DNA of 64,000 nucleotides from Octopus vulgaris (Eukaryota), in assembly GCA_951406725.2 (NCBI GenBank), contig OX597825.1, positions 35,588,001-35,652,000 of the forward strand, read 5' to 3'. Each line of letters begins with the position of its first letter. Position 1 is the stretch's first letter. Under the pieces are notes generated by a model that made no database searches, was not told the origin of the DNA, and saw only the letters and a program-made list of their open reading frames with translations. Below are positions 36,881 through 48,680 of the stretch, piece after piece. Made by a program: the position numbers and the translations under genes.

Positions 36881-39800
36881 GAATATATATATATATTATA
36901 TATATGTTGTTCGGGGTGGGTTTGATTTGTTGAAATGCTTCTATGGATAAGTAACAATTAAGGTCAACTATGTATAGTGTTCATCAGAGCATTACAATTT
37001 AAAAGAAAAATTCAGTCATTTTTACTACAGTTGTTTAAGTATAGCTCATTAGCTGTTTGCTAATTCTACAACAAACATTTAGTTGAAGATTGTTAATAAC
37101 AAGAAAATATACTGCCTTTATTGAAAAGTTGTATCTTCTATTTTGTTACTTCTATAAAACATGAGAGTACTTGTAATACTTTAATACATAATACAGTAAA
37201 CTTGTAAAAATACAAAAATGAAATATGAAAATTGGAGTATATTGGAGTATATTGGAATTTAATTGAGTTTTGCAGGTGTCTGTGTGGTAAGAAGTTCGGT
37301 TTCCCAACCGCATGGTTCCAGGTTCAGTCCCATTGTATGGCACTTTGGGTGCACACTGAGTAACATACACTGAACCATACATGTAAAATCAATGTGTCCT
37401 ATGCACAAAACTTCAGGCAATTAAGTTATGTAAAGCAACACTACAACTTCCTGGTATCAAATAACTCAATATTACAGAAAATTAATTCTCTCGTCCCACA
37501 AATGAGTGGCTTTCTGACTGATAAAATATGACTGCAAATAAAGGTCTTCAATTCTTTTATTCGTTAACTGGTTTCAGTCTTTGGTGTGCTAACATGCTGG
37601 AACACCACTTTCAAAGAATTATTTTAGTCACCTAAATTAATCCATTATATCATGTTATTGGTATGACAGTTTTCCCATCCATAGTAGTAGGACCCTCATC
37701 TGGGATGCCACATCTTGTGACATCTCCAGTGTCAACTTTGTGGTTTCAACTACCATCCCAGGTTCCACTTCTTGTTAGGTTGAGAAAAGCAAACAGTCAA
37801 GGTATCAGTTACTCTGATAGGTTTATGGTCGAGCCTACAGCAGTGGAAACCTCCAGCATTCTCAGCCCCCAGACCAGATATCCTTGCTCATAGCTACTGG
37901 GACAAAGATGGTTATCAGCAAATGTAAGCCCCATGAATCAAAGTGGCTGTTCCAGCACATCTCCCTTGCCATCCTCTAGGACAACACCTAATCCATTTTG
38001 TCTGCTGGGACCATGAGTCGGTCTGAATTACAGGAAACTGTACATTCCACCCCTTAATGTAAAGTTACTCCATATAAATTGCTCTATTTCTTTAATGACT
38101 ACTGACCTCTCACAGAAGACTACTGTTTTATATTACATATTTTATTGATTTTTTTGAATAAAAAAAAAACTAAACCAGTCTGAGAATAAAGGGACATGAC
38201 TTGGATAGAAATAAAGGTCAGATACATTTGTTTGCCATGCCAGTTTATAAGTACTCCTCTATCAAATACACATGTATAATCCAGAACCAGATGGTTTCAA
38301 AATGAACTTCTTCAAACACAGTCATGAAGTTCAACACACATAAAGGTCTGCATGCCATTCAAAGACTTTGAGACCAGAGTATCAAGCATATGAAATCATC
38401 TCTTGCTCTCTTAACTCATGTACAGTCATCTGAACCAAATTTAAAGAATGTCATGTGATGATATATGTTACAACCGGAATACAGTATGAAGGTGGGTGGG
38501 GGAAGAAACTTGAGCAGTTAGAAGTCGTAATAACAGTAATAGTAGTTATAAATTTAAATGTTTATTCACACAGGGATTATAGTTATTTCTTAATATATGG
38601 CACTAAGAGAGGACACATTGTATGTGGCTGAGTATGAAAGGGAGTGACTATATATGAGGTAGTGTGAGTAGCTGGGTGTATTTGTAAATGAGAAGTGTGT
38701 GTGTGTAAGAGAGAGAGAGAGAATGTGTGTACGCATATGATAAAGAGAGAGTGAGTGAGAAGTAAAAGTTTGAGATGGCTTAGAGGAGAAGAAAAAAGTG
38801 CAGAAAATCTATAGAAATTGTATTTACATCTGTTGATATTAGTATCCATTGTTCAAATCCTGCCAATGTGTATTTTGCCCCTCAGCCTTCTGATATAAAA
38901 TTTTACTTTATCATTGTGTACTGAAATAAATATAATTATCTGGATGGTGATGCTGGGTTCTGTTGTTTAGGAGTATGTATAGGACTGCATTATTCAATGT
39001 CCTTGTTTTATTTCAGAAAGTAGTATATGGTTTAAGGGCAACTTGGCTGCTATTTCTAGCAAGTTGACCACATACTAAGTGATTCCTTTGTGTTAGTAAT
39101 AGTTATTAGATCGTCTGGCCCCAGGTCAACCATGACTGCACACGTGATCAAAGGAATTCCAGCTACAATCATCTTTTAGAAGTATGAATGGACTACACTG
39201 TTCAATGTAATATTTCTTCACTTAAGGTGATTTGAGGGAAATTTGACTGCTATTTCTAGTTAGTCAAACAACCAAACAGAGACCTCTTCATAATAATAGT
39301 AGTAGTGGTAGCTATTAGTACTAGTGGAAGTAATGGCAGCGTTGGTAATAGTTACTAGTAGAGGTAGTGGTACTACTATTAGTAAATTGATTAATTAGTA
39401 AGTTGCATTACTGAGTGAATCAATCAAATTTACTGCAACAAGTGGGTTTTATTTATTTATTTGTGCTTATGACTACAAGGGTTCATAAGTACACCAAATA
39501 TATACAGGAACATGATGTGTAAGATGTATGTGGTGAACTTGCTAGAAATAGCAGCCAAGTTGCCCTTAAACATGTACAAGATGTGTAACTTCTATGCTAC
39601 TGAATATAGCAAACTTAATTGTTTATCCTCCAAGTTTCTTCAGTTTTTGTTTCACCATATACCCCATCATGCCTACAAACAATATATTATATTGCTATAA
39701 AACATCACGATTGCTTTTGCTTTTCAGGGTTTTCTTTAGAGTTCACAACCCAATAATCAGTGGTATGCTGTTACTGTGGATGTTTAGCCCCAAGTCAGCT

Positions 39801-40584
39801 GCAATCAAGCCGGTGCACTGCAATGATTATCATGTTTTCAATTTATTCATTTGGCTCAACTGCTCACAGGATCCTATCAAACTGTCCAACCTAGGCCAGC
39901 ATGGAAATTGAATGTTAGATTATGATTTACAGCCACAAGCTAGAAGCATGTTATCCAATGTCATCATCCTTTAACATCTGTTTTCCAAGCTGGCATGGGT
40001 TGGATGGTTTGACCAGAGCTAGCAAGGTTTAACACTGATTTGGTTTGTTTCTACAGCTGGATGCCCTTCCTAAGGCCAACCACTTAGAGAGTGCTGGGCG
40101 TTTAACATGAAAGTGGAACAAGTTCTGTAACATGGTACTGGTATGAGTGTTTTTTTACAAGACACCAGCACAGGGCTATCCTTGTTTTCTAAGTTGGAGG
40201 AGTTTTGATCTGAGGGAGATCTAGCTGTTAATTATAGAAAGTACTCAAGTGAATGTATAAACTATTTCATTGGCCCATAGTGATGTTTTAACATTGGATC
40301 ATCTTGATCAGAAACATTTTGTGACCATATTTATTGTAAAACACTCATTCCAGCTACTCTATATTTTTATCTTTTACTTGTTTTTCATTAGACTGTGGCC
40401 ATGCTGGAGCACCACCTTGCAGAATTTTAGTCAAATGAATTAATCCAAGTACTCATTTCTTTCTTTTAAACATGATACTTATGCTTTTGGTCATTTCTGT
40501 TAAACTGCAAAGTTACAGAGACAAATGCACCAACACCAGTTGTCAAGTAGTAGTGTGGGATAAACACAAAGACACATCTCGGGA

Positions 40585-42054
40585 GTGGCCATGGGAACGC
40601 GAATGGGCCCCAACTATGCGAACCTGTTCGTTGGCTATGTTGAGGCCCAAATATTCTCTAATTTCACTGGTCCCACTCCTGAACTATATGGTCGTTATAT
40701 TGACGACATTATCGGTGCCACCTCACTCTCCCGCGAACATCTAGATTCCTTCCTCTCTTTCGTCCAATCTTTCCATCCAGCCCTCCACTTCACTTCCACT
40801 ATCTCCAACACCTCTGTCTCCTTCCTCGACATTTCGGTTAGCATTCTTCACTCCACTCTTACCACCTCCATTCACTACAAACACACAGACTCACACTCAT
40901 ACCTCAACTTCTCTTCCTCCCACCCAGAACACACCAAGCTTTCCATCCCCTATTCCCAATTCCTCCGTCTACGTAGGCTCTGTAGTGACGACCATGACTT
41001 TGAGACTCAGTCTCAACGTATGGCTCACCACTTCACCCTACGTGGATACCCCCTCACCACTATCCACACCGCCCTTGCCAGAGCACGGTCCGTGGACCGT
41101 GTATCTGCTCTCTCTCCCCGAACCCGCCCTGTAGTCTCCCGCCTCCCTTTTCCCCTCACTTACCACCCCACGACCCTACGTCTCCAACGCACCATTCTTC
41201 GAGCTTTCCGTCATCTCCAGTCCGACCCGTCCACTTCACACCTCTTCCCTAACCGACCCCTCCCCTCTTTCAAACGAGCCCACAACCTTCGAGACCTTTT
41301 GGTCCATAGCTCCTTCCCTGACCCTACCTCCCAACCCGGCTCGTTCCCCTGCTCCCGCCCACGTTGCCGCACTTGCCCTTACCTCTCCAACACCACCCGC
41401 CTCACTAGCACCCACCATCGACCCTATCCCATCATCCACTCCTTCACCTGCACCTCCAGCAATATTATCTATTGCATCTCTTGCTCTCTCTGCAATTCCT
41501 TGTACATCGGACAAACGGGACGCCGCTTGGCTGACCGGTTCGCGGAACACCTTCGTGACATCCACCTTGCGAACGACACACCGGTCTCACGCCATTTCCG
41601 CTCCACCGGTCACTCCTTGCAACACCTATCTGTGTTCGGTTTGTCCTTACACAGAGGCCATCCGGATTCCCGTTTGCGCCGTGAACAGGAATTAATCTTC
41701 TCTCTTCGCTCTTATACGCCATTTGGTCTCAACTCTCCCCCTCCTCATCTAACCCCCCTCTCCCCCTCCTCACCTATCCTTTCTCCCCCCGACCCCTACT
41801 TCTTCAGTCCTTCATCCTTTCACCCCTACTCCCCTTCCCTTCTTCCCTCTTTCTCTCTCCCTCTTCCCCTTCCCTCTGCTCCCTCACTCCCTCTCTCCCC
41901 TTCTCTCTCCCCTCTCCCTCTTTCCTCCTTCATTCCCCTCATCCCCTTCCTTCTCCCCATCCTCTCCTCCCCCCCTTCTTCTCCCCCTCCCCCTCTTCTC
42001 CTCACTACACCACATGACTTTACACATCACATCACATATGATGTGCCATATTAA
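40585..42054 (+). CDS. Penelope-like element polyprotein fragment: RT C-terminal half + Cys linker + GIY-YIG endonuclease
   Basis: Motifs AMGTRMGPNYANLF, RYIDD, FLD, linker CSRPRCRTC, NIIYCISC...YIGQTGRRLADRFAEH and PFGLN, followed by a low-complexity Pro/Ser tail. Confidence 0.9.
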   Translation: MAMGTRMGPNYANLFVGYVEAQIFSNFTGPTPELYGRYIDDIIGATSLSREHLDSFLSFVQSFHPALHFTSTISNTSVSFLDISVSILHSTLTTSIHYKHTDSHSYLNFSSSHPEHTKLSIPYSQFLRLRRLCSDDHDFETQSQRMAHHFTLRGYPLTTIHTALARARSVDRVSALSPRTRPVVSRLPFPLTYHPTTLRLQRTILRAFRHLQSDPSTSHLFPNRPLPSFKRAHNLRDLLVHSSFPDPTSQPGSFPCSRPRCRTCPYLSNTTRLTSTHHRPYPIIHSFTCTSSNIIYCISCSLCNSLYIGQTGRRLADRFAEHLRDIHLANDTPVSRHFRSTGHSLQHLSVFGLSLHRGHPDSRLRREQELIFSLRSYTPFGLNSPPPHLTPLSPSSPILSPPDPYFFSPSSFHPYSPSLLPSFSLPLPLPSAPSLPLSPSLSPLPLSSFIPLIPFLLPILSSPPSSPPPPLLLTTPHDFTHHITYDVPY

Positions 42055-42543
42055 TACACACACCAACTAATACATACTAATACGTACTAATACATACCAG
42101 TACATACTAATACTTACACCAACCCTATACATACACACGTCCAGACCTCTCATACGCACTTATACTCTCTCTCACACACACACACACACACACCTATACA
42201 TACCAATACGTACTAATACATACTAATACATACACCAACCCCATACATACGCACGTCCAGACCAATCTTACGCACTAATACTCTCTCATACACACACACA
42301 CACACACACCCTTATACATACTAATACATACACCAACCCTATACATATACACATCCAGACCCCTCCCACGCACTTTTAGCTGGTCCCTCAACCCATTTAT
42401 CAACCCTATTATCTCCCCTTATTTCGCTCTCGCGTCTCATGTTTGATCTTTGACCTCTGGCCGAAATCAGATCGCCATGTTGATTCGTTAGCTACTGCAC
42501 ACATTTTTTTCTCTCCTTCTTTCTGTGTTTTTCTCTCTGTGTA

Positions 42544-42581
42544 TCTTTCTGTTGAAGAGCGTAGGCTCGAAACGTTAAAGA
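42544..42581 (+). ncRNA. Minimal type I hammerhead ribozyme-like motif (variant core) at the Penelope 3' end
   Basis: tcttt-CTGTTGA-a-gagc(gtag)gctc-GAAA-cg-TT-aaaga: 5-bp stem I, 4-bp stem II, palindromic ACGT in place of stem III. A6 is U and there is an extra A. Confidence 0.65.
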
Positions 42582-42678
42582 CTTGTTTTATTTATATTTC
42601 CTGAGCGCCATACTAATACAATTGTTCGTTTGTTTTCCACCTGCCTTCGTCTTTTGTTTATTTTCATAAAGCTTCCCG

Positions 42679-42713
<35 letters not shown>

Positions 42714-42772
42714 CATATATATATATATAAATGTATGTGTGTATTTGTATGCATCTATGTATACAAACTTAA

Positions 42773-42812
<40 letters not shown>

Positions 42813-43031
42813 ATAAGGATAAGATCGATATCTAAATACCCATCTTATCAGGTGGCCAGCATGGAAATAAAAACCTTCAGAGGTAATAATAATTATTAGG
42901 ATATCTAAGAGATACCACCACGCTGGAAATAGCTGCCAAAACTTGACTAAAACCACATTAAATGTTCATACAGCACCAGGAGAGAAGACAAAAAGACAAA
43001 ATAAACTAGCAAAAAAAATTACTGGATAATT

Positions 43032-43083
43032 CCAGATCCCAGATTTCTGGCTCTGAAGAAGAAATACTTTGCCTCATCAGTAG
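43032..43083 (-). ncRNA. Possible degenerate hammerhead ribozyme
   Basis: Minus strand cta-CTGATGA-ggc(19 nt)gcc-a-GAAA-tc(tgg)ga-TC-tgg. Canonical core but short stems and an extra A. Confidence 0.4.
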
Positions 43084-43734
43084 TAACAGCTAATGAATAA
43101 ACCCCAATATACTACTGTTATTATTTACAGGCCGTGTGGTTAAGAAAGATTGTTTTCTGACCATGTAGCCTTGGGTTCAGTCAAGTCTCACTGTGCAGCA
43201 CCTTGGATGAGTGTTTTCTACTATAGCTCTGGGCCAATCAAAGCCTTAGGAGGGGATTTCATAGACAGAAACCAAGGGAAGCCCACCATGTGTGAGTGTG
43301 TGTGTATATATCCTTGTCCTGACATCACATGATGGCTGTAAATGAGCATCACCATCATACAAGCAGTGTTGTTCATTTCCAGTTTTCCATGGAAAGACGT
43401 CTGACTGTCTGCCAACAGAAAATCTACCACAACAAATTCCACGGGACTCATGCAAGCATGGTGATGATGATGATGAAAGGGTGAAGAGTAACACTGATTC
43501 AGTGATTGTAACTGGATTTGAACTTAAAGCAGTGACACTCAAATCTCATAAATAATGGTTTCATAATTAGGTAAAACTCAAGAAATGGCCATTACATGAT
43601 CACCTGACTTGCTAGTATTAGTAGCCAAATCTCCCCACAAAATCCCACCATATCATCTTAAAAGAATAAGACATTGGATAATGTAGTTTAAATACATCAT
43701 GTTTGAAAAAGATGAGAGTCACAGTTGAATTCAT

Positions 43735-44140
43735 CATTCAACATCAGTTGTCCATGCTGGCATGAGTTGGACGGTTTGACCAGGGCTGGCAGGCTGCAAC
43801 AGACTCCAATCTGATTTGGCATAGTTTCTACAGCTGGATGCCCTTCCTAATGCCAACCACTCCAAGAGTGTAATGGGTGCTTTTACGTCCCACTGGCAGC
43901 AGTATCTGTCACAACTGCAATTTTACTTGGCTTGCTGGGTCTTCTCAAGCATAATATAATGCCAATGGTCTCGGTCCTTGTTTCCATGAGGCTCAACACT
44001 CAAACAGACCTTTTCACATGCCACCAGAACGAGCCACATTACCTCCATGAGCCCATTGCTCGAAAGGTGCTTTTTATGTACCACCAGCATCAGCCATGAC
44101 TATGATTTCACTTAGCTTGATGGGTCTTCTCAAGCACAAC
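43735..44140 (-). repeat. RTE-tail element copy (reverse)
   Basis: Reverse complement of the same tail (TTTCTACAGCTGGATGCCCTTCCTAA) plus 3'UTR-like sequence. Confidence 0.7.
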
Positions 44141-44709
44141 AGGAAAAGATCAAAAAGTTATGAGAGATTGATTTAATAAGATTCACATTTTGTTGAAGAC
44201 ATTTGTGAAATGTGTGGTGTGTCTTCAAATAGGGTTTATGGCTTCAACTAAATCAAATTATACTTCTGACTCTATGACATTTATCATAACTCAAATAAGG
44301 ATTTCTTTTTGCAACCAACAAGGACTTGTAACAAAGAGATGGGCAGTGGAATACCACTTCTACAATCACTTCTCAGAAGTATTAGAAAAATAAGAGAATA
44401 TTTTGTATTTCTGTGTTTAATTTACAGATCATCTACTTTGTTTGGGATTTACAGAGGCAAGTAAAACAATGTAAGGTTTATGACTAAATAATGTGACAAC
44501 TAAAATAAGTTCATATACAGCTGTACATACACGCATGTGGATACAGAGCTCACTAAGTATACATGTGGTTTTGAGGTCTATATTACATCTCACTACATGG
44601 GATCTTCTACTTTAGCTGTGGGATGACTATTGCCTTGAGTAGAACTGGTAAATAAAAGCTATACATCATGTCATTTTATATGACAGGATGCTCTCTCTCT
44701 CTCTGTATG

Positions 44710-44754
<45 letters not shown>

Positions 44755-45269
44755 GTACTTATGTATGCATGTGTATGTGCTCATATATGTTTGTGGGTGG
44801 GCGTGTATATGCACACATGTCAGTGAATTATTACATCCTGTCTTTCCCTCAAAGCAATGAGTTTTACAAAATGGTGAAATTTGACATTCCCTTTTGCAAT
44901 TGTCCTGTAACTTCACTTTTGAAGCAGGGGGGAAAAACCTCTAACTAGGAAAATAAGGTTCAACAACAGGAAGAGGCATTCAGTTGTAAAACAATGCTTC
45001 AATTTGTTTTTGTCTAATCCATGCCAACATGGAAAAAGATGTAAAATGAACAAATATACACATATATATCATTATCATCATCATTTAACATCCATGTTCC
45101 ATTCTGGCATGAGTTGGTCTGTTTGAGAGGATCCAATGGGCCCAAGAATGGCATTGTGGTCCAGTGTCTATTTTGACATGCTTTCTATGGCTGGATGCTC
45201 TTCTTAACACAATGTATACAGGATGTTTTTTTTCATGTATGAATATATATATATATATATACCTGCATC

Positions 45270-45580
45270 GCCTGATTGTTACTTGCATCACCTTACTGGC
45301 ACTTGTGCTGGTGGCACGTGAAAAAACATTCAAGCGAGGTTGAACCATTTGAGCATGGCCGTTGCCAGTACTGCCTGACTGGCCCTCGTGCCGGTGGCAC
45401 GTAAAAGCACCCACTACACTCTCAGAAAGGTTGGCGTTAGGAAGGGCCTCCAGCTGTAGAAACTCTGCCAGATCAAATTGGAGTCTGGTGCAGCCATCTG
45501 GTTAGCCAGACCCGAGTCAAATTGTCCAACCCGCATGGAAAGCGGACGTTAAACGATGATGATGACGATGATAGTGATGA
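45270..45580 (+). repeat. RTE-tail element copy
   Basis: CTGACTGGCCCTCGTGCCGGTGGCACGTAAAAGCACCC...GGAAGGGCCTCCAGCTGTAGAAAC...(GAT)n. Confidence 0.8.
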
Positions 45581-47756
45581 TAGTATTTTTTTAGCTTGTT
45601 CAATTTTTCTCAGCTGAATTGGAAACAGTTGTAAGCCAAATTTACACTAATAATGGAAAAATATGTAATGACCATTATTTACACCTTGTCATATATATAA
45701 CTGATAGTATAGTTCCTAGTAAGCATTAGACATATGTTTCAATTCCTGTCAATGTAACTTCCATAAAAAGTAATTAGTGTTTATACAGGTATGGTTCATT
45801 TAGTTTAATTAAACCTTAGCCTTTAATGTAATGCTATATTTAACATGCAGCATATATATATGTACATAGATTATGCATTACACATATAAATCATGAACAT
45901 GTCATAATCAGTCATCGTTTAGGATCCATGTTCTGTGATGGCATGGTTTGAACAGTTTGACAGGATCCAATAGGTCCAAGGAATGCATTCATGCTCCAGT
46001 GTCTGCTTTGGCATTATTTCTATGGTTGGATGCCCTTCCTAATCCCAACCAGTTTACAGCTTGTACTGGGTGCTTTTTACATGCCACCAGCACTAATGAG
46101 GTTGCCATCCAACTTGTATGACTACAAACTCTGGATCAGGAGGGGCTGTCACCTTTATGCTTGGGGATGAGGGGTTAAAGTATGGGGAGGGACAGAGCGA
46201 GTTCTTGTGATAGAGGAGGAACATGGCTACTCACAACCAAAAGAGACGTAGGAGATATAAAGAGATAAATAATCGTGACAAGGCTTCCAGATGGCCTCTC
46301 AAGGCAAGTAGAAGTTGGTGAAGAGAGAGGAACAAAAAGTATAGGTAAGTAAGGGTTTGCAAGACATGGGAGTAGATGGTCAACAACAGTAAAGATTGGG
46401 TAGGACTGAAGAGTAGATGTAGGGAGTAGTGATAAGGGTTGGTAGAATGACCAGTAAAGCAGAAGTTGTGGATGGTATATGGACACATGTAATGTATATG
46501 TCTACACAAATACATGCAGAATACCCATAGTGATTGTTTTGCCACAATGGTTAAGGTCATACTGAAACACCACTTTCAAAAGTGAATGATTGATGCCTTT
46601 AGTACTATGTAGGTCCAAAGATTCAATATTTTAAATGAGGGAAGCCTGCCAGGTAAAATGCTTAGCAGCATTTCATCCATCTTCACATTTCAAGTTCAAA
46701 TTCTGCCGAGGTCGACTTTGCTTTCACCCTTTCAGGATCACTAAAATAAGTACCAGTTGTACTGGGGGTTGATGTACTCAACTTACCCCCTGCCCTGAAA
46801 TTGCTGGCCTTGCTCCAAAATTTGAAATCGATATTTTAAATGATTTCCAGTTGAAGATCAGGCAGACCTATTATCTAAAGACACTGATACTGTGACTATT
46901 TCGTTTCTTTTATATACAGAAATTGTATAACCTGGAAATACATTATCCAATGTCTTTTTTTTTTAAAGATGATAGTGTGCTTTGAGGGAAATTTGGCTGA
47001 GAGATTCGGCACAAAAAGTAGTACCTAGTTCACTCTGTAATAGGGGTTGACGTTAAGAAGAGCATCCAGCCATAGAACGTGCCAAAGCTGACAGTGAATC
47101 AATGCAGTCCTTGGCTCCATCGAGCTTCCTGTTGATGGCTGATTTCGGATGCTAGAAAGAAATGCACCTAACATCTAAAGGTAACAGGAGAAACTTTTTT
47201 AGTGTCCCACCCCTTGTTACTTAGATCTTTTGTGAAGCAGATATATAATTTTAAGAGATTGAGGAAGGAAATTGCAAGACATAACAGTATTTCTCAACCT
47301 CGTTGTTTTCTTTCTTGTATAGCAAAGCATATTTATACGTACAACCATAATGTATACGTATATACACGTAGCATATATACATAAATACAGTGTACACAAA
47401 TGCATGCACTTATAACATGCATCCGAAAATACACTATGCAACTTGTATCCAAGTGTGTATGTATATACACACAATAAACATAACAATGCATATATAACAT
47501 GTAAACATAAACAGAAAATATGCTTACGTTTGCAGAGGTGGTGTGTGTGTGTATACAAAATTGGCATTTACAAATGTACAATATATATATCATGCACACA
47601 CACACACACACACAGAAATGTGTCGTTATATATTTCACGCCCACCATTCTCAACGACTTACATTTTCGAAGTATGCCAAAAGAAAAAAATAAATAAAATA
47701 GCATATTTCCAAAGACGTGTTTAAAGTGTTTTTTCAAATACATACACGATTTTTAA

Positions 47757-47787
<31 letters not shown>

Positions 47788-48047
47788 TGTATTGTATATC
47801 AACATACATTTGAGAACCTAAACTGGCTCTGTTTTACAGGACGCCACCTCCCACATATACTGAGATGGATTTCATTTCAATAATAAAGATTTGTTTGTTT
47901 GTTTTCACTTTTATAGTTTGATCAATTCAGCTTCATTTTATACTGTACACCAAACTTGTATAAAATGGATTTTTATGAGAAAAAATAATTGAGTTCCTTG
48001 AAAGGAAAAAAAAAACATGACTCTCCAATGCTCGCCGTTATATACAT

Positions 48048-48089
<42 letters not shown>

Positions 48090-48495
48090 ATATATCTGCT
48101 TCACACATACATGTGTCTACATAAATGTACCCGACATTAGAACACACACCCGTACAATCGAAATTCAAAAGAAATCGGTGTTTTTTACCGGAAAAATGCT
48201 TGAAACACATAATAATTATAAAAGTAACTTCTGAAATTATATATAAATAAAAATTCGTTTGTATGTCTTCTGTTCTTTGTAGACTTGGTATCATTATTTA
48301 CGGACATGACACACAAGTGGGTGTTTCCACTGAATTAAAGAGAAAGAGGGAGAGAGAATGAGACAGTGACCCGTTAACTTATTTATAGCAACTCTTCCTA
48401 CGTGTTGTCAATGGAAATATCGAATTAACAGTGGAAATGCCCAAAGAAAATATTCTTAATAAAGCAGTTGTCATTTATGTAAAGAATCGATTTAC

Positions 48496-48579
48496 CTCAC
48501 TGGCATCAGCAAACAGGTCGTCTTCGTCTTTAATACTGTAAAACTCTTCGAGCGGAGGAGGTTCTCTCTCGTCAGCCAT
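48496..48579 (-). CDS. SNX2: Sorting nexin SNX1/SNX2 orthologue, coding exon 1 (MADEREPPPLEEFYSIKDEDDLFADASE)
   Basis: ATG at 48579 preceded by AAG; 28 codons; phase-0 donor GAG|gtaaat. Closely resembles the vertebrate SNX2 N-terminus as I recall it (MAAEREPPPL...EDLF). Lies at a CpG-rich promoter. Too short for the ORF track. Confidence 0.9.
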
Positions 48580-48680
48580 CTTTTCACTGTCACGTGAACT
48601 CCCACAATGCAGTTGACCGCGCCGCCAATTCAGAAGACAAGATTATCGATTCTGTCATTTCCCGGTGTCGCTACTTTAGT
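48580..48680 (-). promoter_or_regulatory. SNX1/2 proximal promoter / 5'UTR
   Basis: CpG-rich. E-box GTCACGTGAA at 48589-48598, ZNF143/Staf-like CTCCCACAATGCA at 48599-48611, CCAAT at 48625-48629. Confidence 0.65.

Larger units (their letters stand above)
40576..42680 (+). mobile_element. Penelope-like retroelement (Neptune-type), 5'-truncated, young
   Basis: Uninterrupted RT plus GIY-YIG ORF, pyrimidine-rich and tandem 3' region, terminal hammerhead-like motif, ends at (TA)n. CpG-rich within CpG-poor flanks; inserted into a SINE. Confidence 0.93.

Noticed and set aside
41236-41722. Antisense ORFs over the Penelope element
   Set aside because: Shadows of the C-rich coding strand.
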